NCBI RefSeq assembly: GCF_009914755.1
Contig: NC_060925.1
Reading direction: 5' to 3' (one strand)
DNA length: 64,000 nt
Source: the human T2T-CHM13v2.0 reference genome, Homo sapiens
The position numbers and the translations under genes were made by a program. Numbering within the stretch: the stretch's first letter is position 1; each line of letters opens with the position of its first letter. Below, one piece after another: positions 1 through 19,614 of this stretch. Below the pieces are notes generated by a model that was given only the letters and a program-made list of their open reading frames with translations, was not told the origin of the DNA and made no database searches.

Positions 1-522
1 TTCATCTTTCAGGCTGAGTTTCAGTTTTTTCTTTGTCTTTAACCGTGTCAGTGGGCTGCTTACTCTGCTTCTCATTTGCTGTTCTTTCCTTCCATGAAAA
101 GAACCCGTTTGTAACTCTTCCATTTCTTAGCTGCATAGAAGCAGGATTCAGTCCATCACTGACGATGGAAATGTAATCATATCCCTAGTCAACATAGATA
201 ATGTCAACAAAGAGAAAGACTATCCTAGTACATTTCAAATGCTCAGTTTAGCCCCTGTCTACTGGTGCCTAATTCAACACAAGCACTGTAGTGGCACTTA
301 AGGCCATGCTGTCCCTGATAACACCAGGATTTCATCTGACCTGCGTCCCACTTCAGGCTCATCTGCAGCCTAATTTGGTTCTGATGATGTTTAAGAAAAT
401 GAACTGACCTTTATAAATTCCTTCCCATCCCTGCCACAACCTTATAGGTTCCATATCACTGAGCTGAGATCCTTTGGAGCTAGAGAGAAAGCTGCTTGAT
501 GAGAAGTAGTAAAAGTTCTTAC

Positions 523-590
523 CTGTTCTTTTTCTCCTTAGTTCACGAGCACTGGCTTCTAGCACTTCTGTGTCTCTCACTGGATCCCTG
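523..590 (-). other. GBP1: GBP1 non-coding exon 1; intron 1 runs off the left edge; 5' limit approximate
   Basis: Minus strand reads ...GACACAGAAGTGCTAGAAGCCAGTGCTCGTGAACTAAGGAGAAAAAGAACAG|GTAAGA (donor at 523/522), matching the recalled GBP1 5'UTR; lies directly downstream of the GBP GAS/ISRE element. Confidence 0.85.
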
Positions 591-624
591 GACTAATATT
601 TCACTGTTCCGAAGTTGTAGGGCT

Positions 625-633
625 GGGATTTCC
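625..633. promoter_or_regulatory. NF-kB motif in the GBP1 proximal promoter
   Basis: GGGATTTCC between the ISRE and exon 1. Confidence 0.7.
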
Positions 634-673
634 TCATTGATGAAATATTTAGAAGCTAAGCAGATTTGTAATG

Positions 674-704
674 GATTTAGAGTAATATGAAACTGAAAGT
701 ACTT
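674..704 (-). promoter_or_regulatory. Adjacent ISRE and GAS of the GBP1 promoter (the element in which GAS was originally defined)
   Basis: Minus strand AAGTACTTTCAGTTTCATATTACTCTAAATC; ISRE GAAACTGAAAGT at 689-700 (+), GAS TTACTCTAA at 677-685 (-). Confidence 0.93.
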
Positions 705-1524
705 CGTTCAAATCACTGACTCCACTACCATAAATGGAATTAGTGGAGTGTGCCAGTGGGAGGGTTTAAAGATTTCTCAACCAGAAGCTTCAAATTTTTT
801 TTGTTGTTGTTGGAAATCTTAGAGACCATTTGTTGTCTAACAAAATGCCCATTAGGTTTTGAATACAATGATACATGTCTCATGGATTGAGTCAATTTGA
901 GAAACCTAGAATGAGGAGGCATCATGTTAATTTTCAGCTACAATTTCCTAAAATAATAGACACACTCTCAATGGAGCTGCCTATTCTTTGAGAGGTGCAG
1001 TACATAAGGAAAGGACATGTTTAACACACTCATGAACACCTAACCCCTGGCACTTAATGCCCAGCACACAGTCAGGAGGGGGCTCCATGTGTTGTACTCA
1101 TGTTCTAGGCTCAGTACTGATGGCTTTACATGAATCGCACAACTGAAAACTCATAATATTTCCTCATGGTTTTATAGAAACTGAGCACAGAAAGACTTTA
1201 TTAGTTGTCTAAAATCATAACACTGTAACTAATCTGAACCCAAGCACTCATGATCCCATACCCTCTTCTTGAACCACTTCACTATGCTGCTTATTTACTA
1301 AGTGAAAAATTGTAGAAATATTTTATTTATAGGTTTTTTATTTTTAAATTTATTATAGTGTGATTTTATTTTTATAGATTGTTTTCTAAGAGCTGTTTGT
1401 GTTTTATGTCTAATTCAGTAATGACTTCTAGCATACAGAATAAGTGGCATTATCTCTATTTTACAGCAAAAGCAAATAAAATAGTAAAAAGCCTGAGTGA
1501 ACATTTCATTTAAAAATATATTTA

Positions 1525-1983
<459 letters not shown>

Positions 1984-2227
1984 AAGCATTTCTCACTTAC
2001 ACATTAAAATTATATATTAGATGTATATAAATTGCAGATACAGTGTCTTTTCTCATTCATACTTTGTAAAATAATTTTATCTAAACTCTTTCTATCATCC
2101 TTCCTTAACACTGTAGCTCCTTTATTATTAAAACTACTTTAAAGTCTTTTACTTTTTAGAGCATAACATTCTTACATCTGTCAAAATTATTTGAACCATT
2201 TAAAATCTCTGCAGATTGTCCTGGAAG

Positions 2228-3188
2228 TGTAGGGGTGGGTTGCCCCTCCACACCTGTGGGTGTTTCTCGTAAGGTGGAACGAGAGACTTAGGAAAGAAAA
2301 AGACACAGAGACAAAGTAGAGAGAAAGAAATAAGGGGACCCGGGGAACCAGCGTTCAGCATATGGAGGATCCCGCCAGCCTCTGAGTTCCCTTAGTATTT
2401 ATTGATCATTCGTGGGTGTTTCTCCGAGAGGGGGATGTGTCAGGGTCACAAGACAATTGTGGGGAGAGGGTCAGCAGACAAACACGTGAACAAAGGTCTT
2501 TGCATCATAGACAAGGTAAAGGATTAAGTGCTGTGCTTTTAGATACGCATACACATAAACATCTCAATGCTTTACAAAGCAGTATTGCTGCCCGCATGTC
2601 CCACCTCCAGCCTTAAGGTGGTTTTTCCCTATCTCAGTAGATGGAACATACAATCGGGTTTTATACCGAGACATTCCATTGCCCAGGGACGGGCAGGAGA
2701 CAGATGCCTTCCTCTTGTCTCAACTGCAAGAGGCATGCCTTCCTCTTATACTAATCCTCCTCAGCACAGACCCTTTACGGGTGTCGGGCTGGGGGACAGT
2801 CAGGTCTTTCCCTTCCCACAAGGCCATATTTCAGACTATCACATGGGGGGAAACCTTGGACAATACCTGGCTTTCCTAGGCAGAGGTCCCTGAGGCCTTC
2901 CGCAGTTTTTGTGTCCCTGGGTACTTGAGATTAGGGAGTGGTGATGACTCTTAAGGAGCGTGCTGCCTTCAAGCATCTGTTTAACAAAGCACATCTTGCA
3001 CCGCCCTTAATCCATTTAACCCTGAGTTTGACACAGCACATGTTTCAGAGAGCACGGGGTTGGGGGTAAGGTCACAGAATCTCAAGGCAGAAGAATTTTT
3101 CTTAGTACATAACAAAATGGAGTCTCCCATGTCTACTTCTTTCTACACAGACACAGTGACAATCTGATCTCTCTTGCTTTTCCCCACA
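2228..3188 (-). mobile_element. HERV-K(HML-2) solo LTR, LTR5_Hs-like, 961 bp
   Basis: Minus strand starts TGTGGGGAAAAGCAAGAGAGATCAGATTG and ends GGGGCAACCCACCCCTACA; 5-bp TSD GGAAG at 2223-2227 and 3189-3193. Confidence 0.93.
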
Positions 3189-3523
3189 GGAAGCATACAT
3201 CACAATGAAACATCTATTCAAGGAGAGCTCCTATAACTCCGGTAAGAATAACAAGAATCTGTGGCACTTGACCCTTGGGCCTCTTCATCCTCATTTTCAG
3301 TTCGGGTTGACAAAAGGTCCACTACTGGGGGCTATGGAAAGAAGGTGGGGCTGCCTCTTCTCTCACATTCTGAGCAGGGATGACATATCCTATCAGGAGT
3401 GCCAGTCCACCAGAATTTTTCATCCCCTCCAATAGTGAGTTGTAAAGACTAAATTTCTGGTGAGTGTGACCAGAAGTCAAGGGCTCCCAAACTTTCCCAG
3501 TCCCACTCATAGAGCAGAGGCTC

Positions 3524-4132
3524 CATAACTGCCCAACAGGTTCTCCTTGCCTGTTGCCTAGGTAGAGCTGATTTATCAAGACAGGGGAATTGCAGTAGAG
3601 AAAGCGTTTAATTCACGCAGAGCTGGCTGTATGGGATTCTCAAGTTTTATTATTACTCAAAAGATTCTCCCTGATAATGTGGGTATGGGGGTTTCTGAGG
3701 ATAATTTGGTGGGTAGGAGGTTGGGGAGTGGGGAGTGCTGATTGGCTGGGTTAGGGATGAAATCACAGGGCATCAAAGTTGTCCTCTTGCATGAGTTGGT
3801 TCCTGGCTGGGGGCCACAAGACCAGATGAGCCAGTTTATTGACCTGGATGGCAATTGGAGAGGTCTGGAATCTTGTGGCCTCTAGCTGCATGACTCTCAG
3901 ACCACAGTTTCTAATCTCATGGCTGATTTGTTAGTCTTGCAAAGTTAGTCTAGTTCTCAGGGAAGAAGGGGTTTTATTTTGGGAAAAGGCTGACTAAATT
4001 CCTTCCAATGTCAGTTTGGCCTATGCTCAGGGATGAACAAGGACAGCTTGGAGGTTAGAAGTAAGATAGAGTCAGGTCAGATCTCTTTCACATAATAATA
4101 TTCTCAGTTATAATTTTTGCAAGAAGATTTCA
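3524..4132 (-). mobile_element. ERV1 solo LTR, LTR8 family
   Basis: Minus strand starts TGAAATCTTCTTGCAAAAATTATAACTGAG...CTTCTAACCTCCAAGCTGTCCTTGTTCAT, resembling the recalled LTR8 consensus. Confidence 0.75.
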
Positions 4133-4399
4133 GCTTTAGCTCAGGAATGGCAGAATGAGAAACCCTGGCCTGTCACCCTCACTCTGGTTCACTTGTAGGG
4201 TGGTTTTTCCGTGTTGGGAGGGGCAACTGGCAAAGAGCAGAAGCTACCACCTCTGCCCATTCGAAGGGGTCATGGCTCAGAGATATTTTCCAGAGAGAGA
4301 GAGGCAGTCCATAAAATCAGAGCTCCAAAGCTTTTCCCACAGAAACTGACTTTATTTGAAAAAGAGTGTGGGCCGGGGGGAGATTCAAGCCTGGAAACA

Positions 4400-5480
4400 T
4401 AAATAAAATTTACTACTAGATGACTGACTTTACAAGAAATACTATTAATAAAAGAAGGTTTTCAGGCAGAAAGCAGATGACTCCAGATGGCAATACACAT
4501 CCACATGGACAAACAAAGAGCACCAGTAAGATAATTATATAGTTATAAAAGACTGTATAAATGCATATTTCTTCTTATTTCTCTTTTTAACTAATTTTTA
4601 AAAGACAGTTGTATAAAGCAATATGTATATAATTGTGTTTCAGGCTCATAACATATAGAAACGTGATATACTTAAGAACAGGACAAGAGAGGACAGTAGG
4701 AGCGAAGCTGCATTGGAATAAAGAAATGACAGCAGATGTTAACTTGAACCCCCAGGAATACATTAAGAGAACCTGAAACTGTAAGTTAACATAACAAGCT
4801 CTATACATTTATACCTTCCCCTTCAGCTTCTTTAAAAGACATAAAATTATGTGAATTAATTATAACAATGTATTATATTGTTTGAACATATATTTAACGT
4901 ATTTAATAGTATCAAAAAAGTGAGAAAACTAGTATTTTTAGATTTATAAGAGTAAAAATTTTCTCATTGGAATTGATTTAGCATAAATGTGATATACATT
5001 CTCATAAATTACATATATGATACACTCTAGAGAAATTAGTAAGAAAATATTAGAACTCAAATCAATAACCTAATCTTTTACCTTAAGACGCTGGTGAATG
5101 AAGAGCAAACTAAACCCAAAGCTAGCAGAAAGAAGAAAATAATAAAGAATTTTGGAAATAAAGAGTAGAAATTAATGAGATAGAGAATATAAGACAAAAG
5201 TAGAGAAAATCAATAAAATCAAAAGCTGTTCTTAGAAGAGATCAACAAAATTGGCAAAAAAAACCTGTTTTGTTAGACTGGCCAAAACAAAACAAAAAAC
5301 CCAGCAGAAGAACAGGAGACTCAAATTACCAAAATCAAGAATGAAAAAGGGGACATTACTTCTGACCTTACAAAAATAAAAAAGATTTTAAGGTAATGCT
5401 ATCAACAACTGTATGCCAACAAATTAAATTAGACATAATGGACAAATTCGTAGAAAGACTCAAACTACCAAAACTGCCCC
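4400..5480 (+). mobile_element. Old L1M fragments (inter-ORF/ORF2 region)
   Basis: A-rich L1 ORF2-like text (aaacccaaagctagcagaaagaagaaaataataaag; atggacaaattcgtagaaag). Confidence 0.7.
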
Positions 5481-5523
5481 AAATTGAAAGTGAAAGCAGG
5501 GACAAGCTCTTCATTTCTGGGAA
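5481..5523. promoter_or_regulatory. Candidate ISRE/IRF-E plus GAS composite element
   Basis: GAAAGTGAAAG at 5486-5496 and TTCTGGGAA (TTCN3GAA) at 5515-5523. Confidence 0.55.
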
Positions 5524-6184
5524 ATAGACTAGATATTAAGAAAACCACTCTTTTCTGTTTAGTGCAATGTGTTGGGGACAGTTTTTGTGCTTTTTGTTTT
5601 TATGTCAGACAGCTGGGAAAAAATATTTAGGGAATTTTTCATTTAGATGGTGGGGATGAGGAAGCATCATTTCCTCACTTTCGGTTCATTTGGTTTGCAG
5701 TCTATGGAATTCTTCTAGTAGATGGTCACAGATCAAATTAATTCACAGTTTAGTATTATTACATGATGCAATAATTATTGTATATATGCCTAGCAGTCTC
5801 AATATCAGCATCCAATGAACAGACTGAATTTCAGGTGTGGAATGTTTTGATAGTAAGCTTATTTTCACACAAAGAGCTCTATGCAGCTGCCCGTAGAGTG
5901 CATAGCAAGAGGGATTCAGTGATTCAGCTGGGGTCACTGAGTCTCATATCAAATGGATGCAAGACCTGCAAGCTAGAAAAACAACCATATGCATGTGTGT
6001 GTATAGAGAGCAAATACACTGCATGCACAGCACTGTACTAGGTGCTGAGAAGTGTATGAAGATGAATTAGACACAGGCACTGCCCTAAACTGGACTTACT
6101 CTAGTGGGTAAGACTGACTTGCACTCAAAGCATAAAAGCAAAGGCCTGGAGAGGAGTGGAAGAATGGAGCACTGAACACTGAAA

Positions 6185-6338
6185 TATGTAGCCCAAGATT
6201 GCACATTGGAAGATTTCAAACTTTTATCCATGAAGAATTTCCTTTCATGTCACCCAAGATTGCACATTTTATGTAGCCCAAGATTGCACATTGGAAGATT
6301 TCAAACTTTTATCCGTGAAGAATTTCCTTTCATGTCAC
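6185..6338. repeat. Local tandem duplication: two 69-bp copies with a 16-bp partial-copy spacer
   Basis: 6185-6253 and 6270-6338 differ by one base; spacer CCAAGATTGCACATTT is copied from inside the unit. Confidence 0.9.
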
Positions 6339-6379
6339 TTATGTGAAATGAGTTGAGTTTTAATTTTATAAAAAATGAC

Positions 6380-6960
6380 CTGACAGTAAAAAACAGACAC
6401 GTAGACCAATGGAACAGAATAGAGAATTCAGAAATAAATTTACATATTTAAAGTCACCTTATTTTTGACACAAAGGCCAGCAATATACATTGGGGAATGT
6501 ATGTTCATAATTGATGCTGGGAAATGTGGATATTAATGTGCTGTATGAAAAATCAATTCAAAATGGATTAAATATTTAAATGTAAGACCCCCAGCTTTAA
6601 AACTATCACAGAAAAACATAGGGAAAACACTTGTGGACATCAGTCCAGGCAACAATTTGATGGGTAAAACTTCAATAGCACACTCAACAAAAGCAAAAAT
6701 AGACAAATGAGACTGTTAAACTAAAAGGTTTTTGTGCAGCAAAGGAAAAAACCAACAGAATGGAGAGTCATCTTATGTAATGGGATAATGTATTTGCAAG
6801 CTATTCAACTGACAAAGGACTAATATTCAGAATATACAAGAGTCTCAACTCAAAAACAAACAAACAATCTTATTTAAAAAATGGGCAAAATATATGAATA
6901 GACGTTTCTCAAAAGAAGACATACAAATGGCTAACAAGTATATAAAAAATGCTCAACATG
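6380..6960 (+). mobile_element. Old L1 (L1M/L1PB) ORF2 3' part; host of the younger L1
   Basis: L1 ORF2 C-terminal text broken at ...gctcaaca and resuming tcactaatcatcag at ~13357. Confidence 0.8.
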
Positions 6961-13352
<6,392 letters not shown>

Positions 13353-14880
13353 ACCTCACTAATCATCAGTGAAATGCAAATCAAAACCACAATGATATAT
13401 CATTTCTCCTCAGTTAGAATGGCTATTGAAAAAATTAATGCAAATACTAATAAAGATGAGAAAAGAGAACTCTTATATGCTATTAGTGGGAAAGTAAATT
13501 AGTAAAGCCATATGAAAAACAGTGTGGACCTTTCTCAAAAACACTAAAAAGATGGAACTACCATATGATTCAGTTTTTTCCACTATTAAGTCTTTATCCA
13601 AAGGAAAGAAGGAAACAACAGACATTGGGGCCACATTGAGGGTGGAAGTTGAGAGGAGGGAGAGGATTGAAAAACTACCTGTTGCATAGCATGCCTATTA
13701 CCTGGGTGATGAAATAATTTGTACACCAAAATCCCATGACATGCAATTTAGCTATATAAGAAAACTGCATATAACCTAAAAGAAACCTAAAATAAAAGCT
13801 AAAAAGGAAATTAGTATATAGAAGAAATATATGCACTCCATGTTTATTGTAGCACTATTCAAAATAGCTGATACTGCATCAACCTAAATATCCAACTACA
13901 GATGAATGCATAAAGACAGTATAGTGTAGCTACACATTGGATTAGTATTCAGTCATAAAAGTGAAATCCTGTCATTCAAGACAACATGGATGGGCCTACA
14001 TAATTAAAATGAAATAAGCCAGGCACAGAAAGATAAATGTTCACACATATGAAAGCTAAAATAAGTTGAGCTTATGGAAGTAGAGATTAGAACTGTGATT
14101 ATTAGAGGCTGGGAAAGGCAGAGGGGAGAGGACAGTAGGGAGAGGTTTGTTAACAGCTACAATATTATAGCTAGATGGGGGAATAAGTTTAAGTGTGCTA
14201 TAGTATTGTAGGGTGAATATAGTTAACAATAATTTATTGTATATTTTCAAAATGCTAGGAGAGAGGATTTTGAATCTATCTAACACAAAGAAATTATAAA
14301 TGTTTGAGGTGATGCATGTGAGAAACACGCTCACCTGTCCAAACCCGAAGAACTGACTTAGAGGCACGAAGAACAGCGAAAGTGAGACTTAATAATGGTG
14401 TTGCAAGATCGGGCACATGGTAGACAGGCACACATGGGGCAGTTACAACAGGTAATTTATCTCCTAGCATGCAAGTCCCTACCCCAGTTCCTTGATGGTT
14501 GAGTACTATGGGGTTAAAATCTTCCCAGACATCGCCTAAGTTTCAATATCCCCCTTATAAGGTTATACTCTCTCCCCTTCCCCGCTTAAGTTTTGATTTC
14601 CCAATAACGAAACTTTATTCCCTTTTATGTGCTGACCCCTCATCTACATTCTGTTTGCTTATTGTGACCTTCTAGGTGCATAAGCCATGCGGTTTGTTCC
14701 ATTTGCCTGCCAGTACTTACATTTATTGTGTCTTGAAAGTGGACCATTTAAAATGTTTTCTCACAATGAATATGCTAATTACTCTGATTTGATCATTACA
14801 CATTATGTATATGTATCAAAATATCACTCTATGTCCCATAGATATGTATAACTATTATGTGTTAACTAAAAAAAAATAGC
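13353..14880 (+). mobile_element. Continuation and 3'UTR of the older L1, interrupted by a short L1 3' fragment (~13615-13805) and an LTR
   Basis: L1 3'UTR text (cacaaagaaattataaatgtttgaggtgatg...tttgatcattacacatt). Confidence 0.75.
14317..14765 (-). mobile_element. Solo LTR of ~450 bp, ERVL (LTR47-like)
   Basis: Terminal inverted repeats TGTGAGAAA...TTTCTCACA; 5-bp TSD ATGCA/ATGAA; interrupts the L1 3'UTR. Confidence 0.7.
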
Positions 14881-15050
14881 CTGACGGTTGTTCTTATATA
14901 CACTTAAATTTGTTTCTCAATCATCTATTCTGTTCTATTTTCTGTTTATTATAGTAAACTCAGTACTACACTAAAATGACTTATTTATGTTGTGTTTTAA
15001 CAATGGAGCTAATTCTTTTCCAATACATTGTTTTGGCTCCTATTATTAAC

Positions 15051-16102
15051 TGTTGTGGGAAGTCAGGGACCCCAAACAGAGGGACTGGCTGAAGCCATGG
15101 CAGAAGAATATAAATTGTGAAGATTTCATGGGCATTTATTAGTTCCCCAAATTAATACTTTTATAATTTCTTACACCTGTCTTTACTGAAACCTCTGAAC
15201 ATAAATTGTGAAGATTTCATGGACACTTATCACTTCCCTAATCAATACTCTTGTGATTTCCTATGCCTATCTTTAATCTCTTAATCCCGTCATCTTCGTA
15301 AGCTGAGGATGAATGTCGCCTCAGGACCCTGTGATGATTGCATTAACAGCACAAATTGTTTAAACAATATGAAATCTGGGCACCTTGAAAAAAGAACAGG
15401 ATAACAGCGATGTTCAGGGAACAAGGGAGATAACCTTAAAGTCTGGCTGCCTGTGGGCTGGGTGGAACAGAGCCATATTTCTCTTCTTTCAAAAGCAAAT
15501 AGGAGAAATGTCGCTGAATTCTTTTTCTCAGCAAGGAACATCCCTGAGAAAGAGAATGTGTTCCTAAGGGGAGGCCTCTGAAATGGCCGCTTTGGGAACG
15601 TCTGTCTTTTACAGTTGTAGATAAGGGATGAAATAAGCCCCGGTCTCCCGTAGCGCTCCCCAGCTTATTAGGACAAGGAAATTCCTGCCTAATAAATTTT
15701 GGTCAGACCAGTTGTCTGCTCTCAAAGCCTGTCTCCTGATAAGATGTTATCAATGACAATGTGTGCCCGAAACTTCATTAGCAATTTTAATTTCACCCTG
15801 TCCTGTGATCTCACCCTGCCTCCAACTGCCTTGTGATCTTTTGTTGCCCTTGAAGCATGTGATCTCTGTGACCCACAACCTATTCACGCACTCCCTCCCC
15901 TTTGAAAATTGCTAATAAAAACTTGCTGGTTTTATGGCTCAGGGGGCATCACAGAACCTGCCAACATGTGATGTCCCCCTGGACACCCAGCTTTAAAATT
16001 TCTCTCTTTTGTACCCTTTCCCTTTATTTCTCAGACCAGCTGACACTTAGGGAAAATAGAAAAGAACCTATGTGAAATATCGGGGGTGAATTTTCCCCAA
16101 TA
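15051..16102 (+). mobile_element. MER11 solo LTR (HERV-K11/HML-8)
   Basis: Starts TGTTGTGGGAAGTCAGGGACCCC, has the internal repeat TAAATTGTGAAGATTTCATGG, ends GGGGGTGAATTTTCCCCAATA; 6-bp TSD ATTAAC at 15045-15050 and 16103-16108. Confidence 0.9.
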
Positions 16103-17809
16103 ATTAACCAATTTTTCTGAGTGAAAATCAGGATCACTTTGTGAATTGCACCAGCACTGGATTTGTACTGGATGTGTGCCAAATATACACTGATTTATAG
16201 ACACTATTTTTAGTTAACTGCCTTTGTTTTCAATCATGGCTTCTTGCTGTATGTATTCAAAGCTCTTTTTTAGTCTCATTATTATTTGGTAGTTTTCTAC
16301 ATTTCAATTCAAATGTAAATTTCATAATCAATTTGTTGATGTATTAACTTTTTTCCTTTTAAATTTTTCTCTAACGAGCTTTACATATTACATACAATTT
16401 ACCATCATAACAAGTTTTAAGTGTACAGTTCAGTAGTGTTAAGTGTATTCACATTGCTGTACAACAGCCTAGGGCTTTTCCGTCTTGTGGAACTGAAACT
16501 GCAGGCCCAAAAAATCCCCAGCTTCCTAAAATGACCAGCCTCTTTGTAAAAAGATTTCAAGAAGTGACTGCCTTAAACACTTGCTGTTGAAAACAACAGC
16601 AAAAGGAAGGTGTTTCTCCTCTGTCCCCAGCAAGTTGCACACACTTCCAGTCATTGTGTTTAAAACGGTTTTGTATAAGGTCTTGCATAAAGAAAAGCTC
16701 TTTGGTCAATCCAAGGCAGCTGGAGATGTTGTTTCCTGTGATTGTGATTGAGATTAAAACTGAAATCAATGAATAGCTACTTACATAATAGGCTTATTTC
16801 TAAGATCCACTCCTTTATTGTTCTTGTAGAACAATAAGTTTATTTTTAAAAATATAAATCTATAGAATTCTTCATGAGAGCCATCTGCTAATGATTAAAT
16901 AAACCACTGTACCTGAAGTTGCCTTCAGACCCAATATTCTTCCACTGGGGCTGTTTCAACTGCCAGGACATTTCATGGCATGTGCAGCTGATGCTCTGGT
17001 AAAAATTCACCTAAACCTCAGGGTCCTCAAAATGCCTAATTTGATTTAAGCTCATGTCTCTGTTGTGACATATTTTGCCACAAAGTTTCCAAAGCAATGG
17101 TGTCTGTGCACTATGTGGAACTCCCATAGGTTTTCTGTAGAATTTCCTTTTCACTTGTAGTGGAATGGCTATTTGGATAATGTATTACAAAAATGTAAAA
17201 AATAAGGTTCATTGTTTAATATTAATGTCAGACTCCAAGATTCCTGATAGAGAGGGAAATGTATGTTCTTGGAAACAAACTTGAAATGCATATTGGAGAA
17301 GAGGCATAGCTCCAACAATTTAAGTATCAGCAGATACCTAAGCAAGAAAAAATGACTATTAAATTGCTTTGTTAAAAAATTTTGTTTGTTTTGAAAAACA
17401 AGGTAGTGAGTAGAGGGAAGAGGATAGAATATAGGAGAGGACAGACTGAAACTAGCAAGGTAGAAGTAGGCTGGGCTCTTGTGGAGTGAAGGGCTGTGGT
17501 TACCCTCAAAGTTATGATGGTCAGAGAAATCCTAGGAAGAAAACTTCCAACACTTACATCTTTAACTAATTCTACTACACTCAAATGTGCTTTCTCAATT
17601 GTCTTACATTTGGGAGTGAGGGTAGATGAGGCACTATGTCCAATTCTATCTCATGTTAAACTGCCAACCCAAAACTGAGAGGTCTTCTTCATTATGGTTG
17701 GGAAAGTCCTATTGGAAAGGATCTGTCAGTGACACAGCATCATCTCAGCTGGCTCTGGAAAACCACCAAATGGCATAGGAATATAACAGAAAACTCTGCA
17801 TAACCACAG

Positions 17810-19270
17810 ACACCAGAGTTAGACATAAAAGTGAAAGCACTCAAATGTTCATCAAGAGTTGAGCGTTAAATAATTCATGATATATTCATATAATAAACAC
17901 TATAGAGCAATGAGAACAATTGACCTACAGCTAAACCCCAAAATATCTACCAATCTTACATGTTTATTATTGAGTAAAAGACACTGGATACTAAGAAATA
18001 TGTACTCTAAGATTCCATTTGCCTAAAGTACCAAAGCAGGATAGTAGTCTTGATGGGTGTAGGAGGAGGTGGTAGAGCATGAAGAGGGCTTCATGGAAAC
18101 TGTTGTATTCTGAATTTTCTTTGGGTGCTGGCATTCTGAATATATTTAGTTTGCTCAAATCCACAGAGCTGTATATTTATGATGTGTCCACTTTTCTATA
18201 TGTGTATTTATGCTTCAAAGTAATTTACTTATCTAACAAAATATGGAAATAAATATAACAAAATATGCCAAGGACTATACACTGAAAACTATGCAATATG
18301 CCAAGGGCTAATAAATGGTGGAACATATCATGGTTATGGACTGGAAGACTGACTATTTTGTGAGTCTAATTTTTCCACAAATATATCTATATATTCAATG
18401 TAATTGCCAGACTTATACATATAGTGAGTTGATTTATGGTAACGATAGTGAAAGGATAATCTTCTCAATAAATGGTGTCAGGCCTTCTATACACGTTAGA
18501 AAGAAATAAAACCTGGTTCTTACCCTCCTGACATTAAAAATAAGGCAATTCCAAATGGATTATAGATCTAAATGTGGAAGATAAAACAATCAAACTTACA
18601 GAAAAAAAAAGTCAATGACATTATTTTCACATTCTCCAGATTGGGAAACTGATACAAAACTATAATATTAAGTGTAAAAAAAAAAAGTCAATACATTTAA
18701 CTACATTAAAATTGAGAACTGACAAAGATATAATTAAGAGACTGAAAAGGCAAATCAAAGATTAAAAACATATTATATATATAATTAGAATATGTAATGC
18801 AGTCTTCAAATCTACAAAAAAATAGAAGTAAAAGTCTTAAATAAGCTCATCCAAAAGAGGATCTCCTAATGAACAGCAAACATGAACACATGTTCAACTT
18901 CCGTAATTGTCTTTTATTCTCAAGGAAAACCAAATTAAACTGTGAATGAAATCTACATGTACCCACTAGAATGACTATAATCCAAAAGGCTGACATATCC
19001 AAATGATGGCAAGAATGTAGAGCACTGGGGAGCCTTAATATTGCTGATGAGAGTATAAATTGTGACAATCATATTAAAAATCTATTTGATATTATGTACT
19101 ATGAGGTGAAAAAATGCATACTATATATTGAATACTTCTACTCCTAAGTATCTGTAGTGAAATATTATTACAGAACCCAAAAGCTTTCACATATATTTTA
19201 ATACATAATATTGAGTTAAGGAAGTCAGTCATACAGCAAAACATTGTGTATGTTTCAGTTTATATAAAGA
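17810..19270 (+). mobile_element. Highly degenerate old L1M/L1ME fragments
   Basis: Eroded ORF2/3'UTR-like text (ccaaatggattatagatctaaatgtg; cccactagaatgactataatcc). Confidence 0.55.
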
Positions 19271-19287
19271 ATAAAAAGGAGACAATA

Positions 19288-19614
<327 letters not shown>

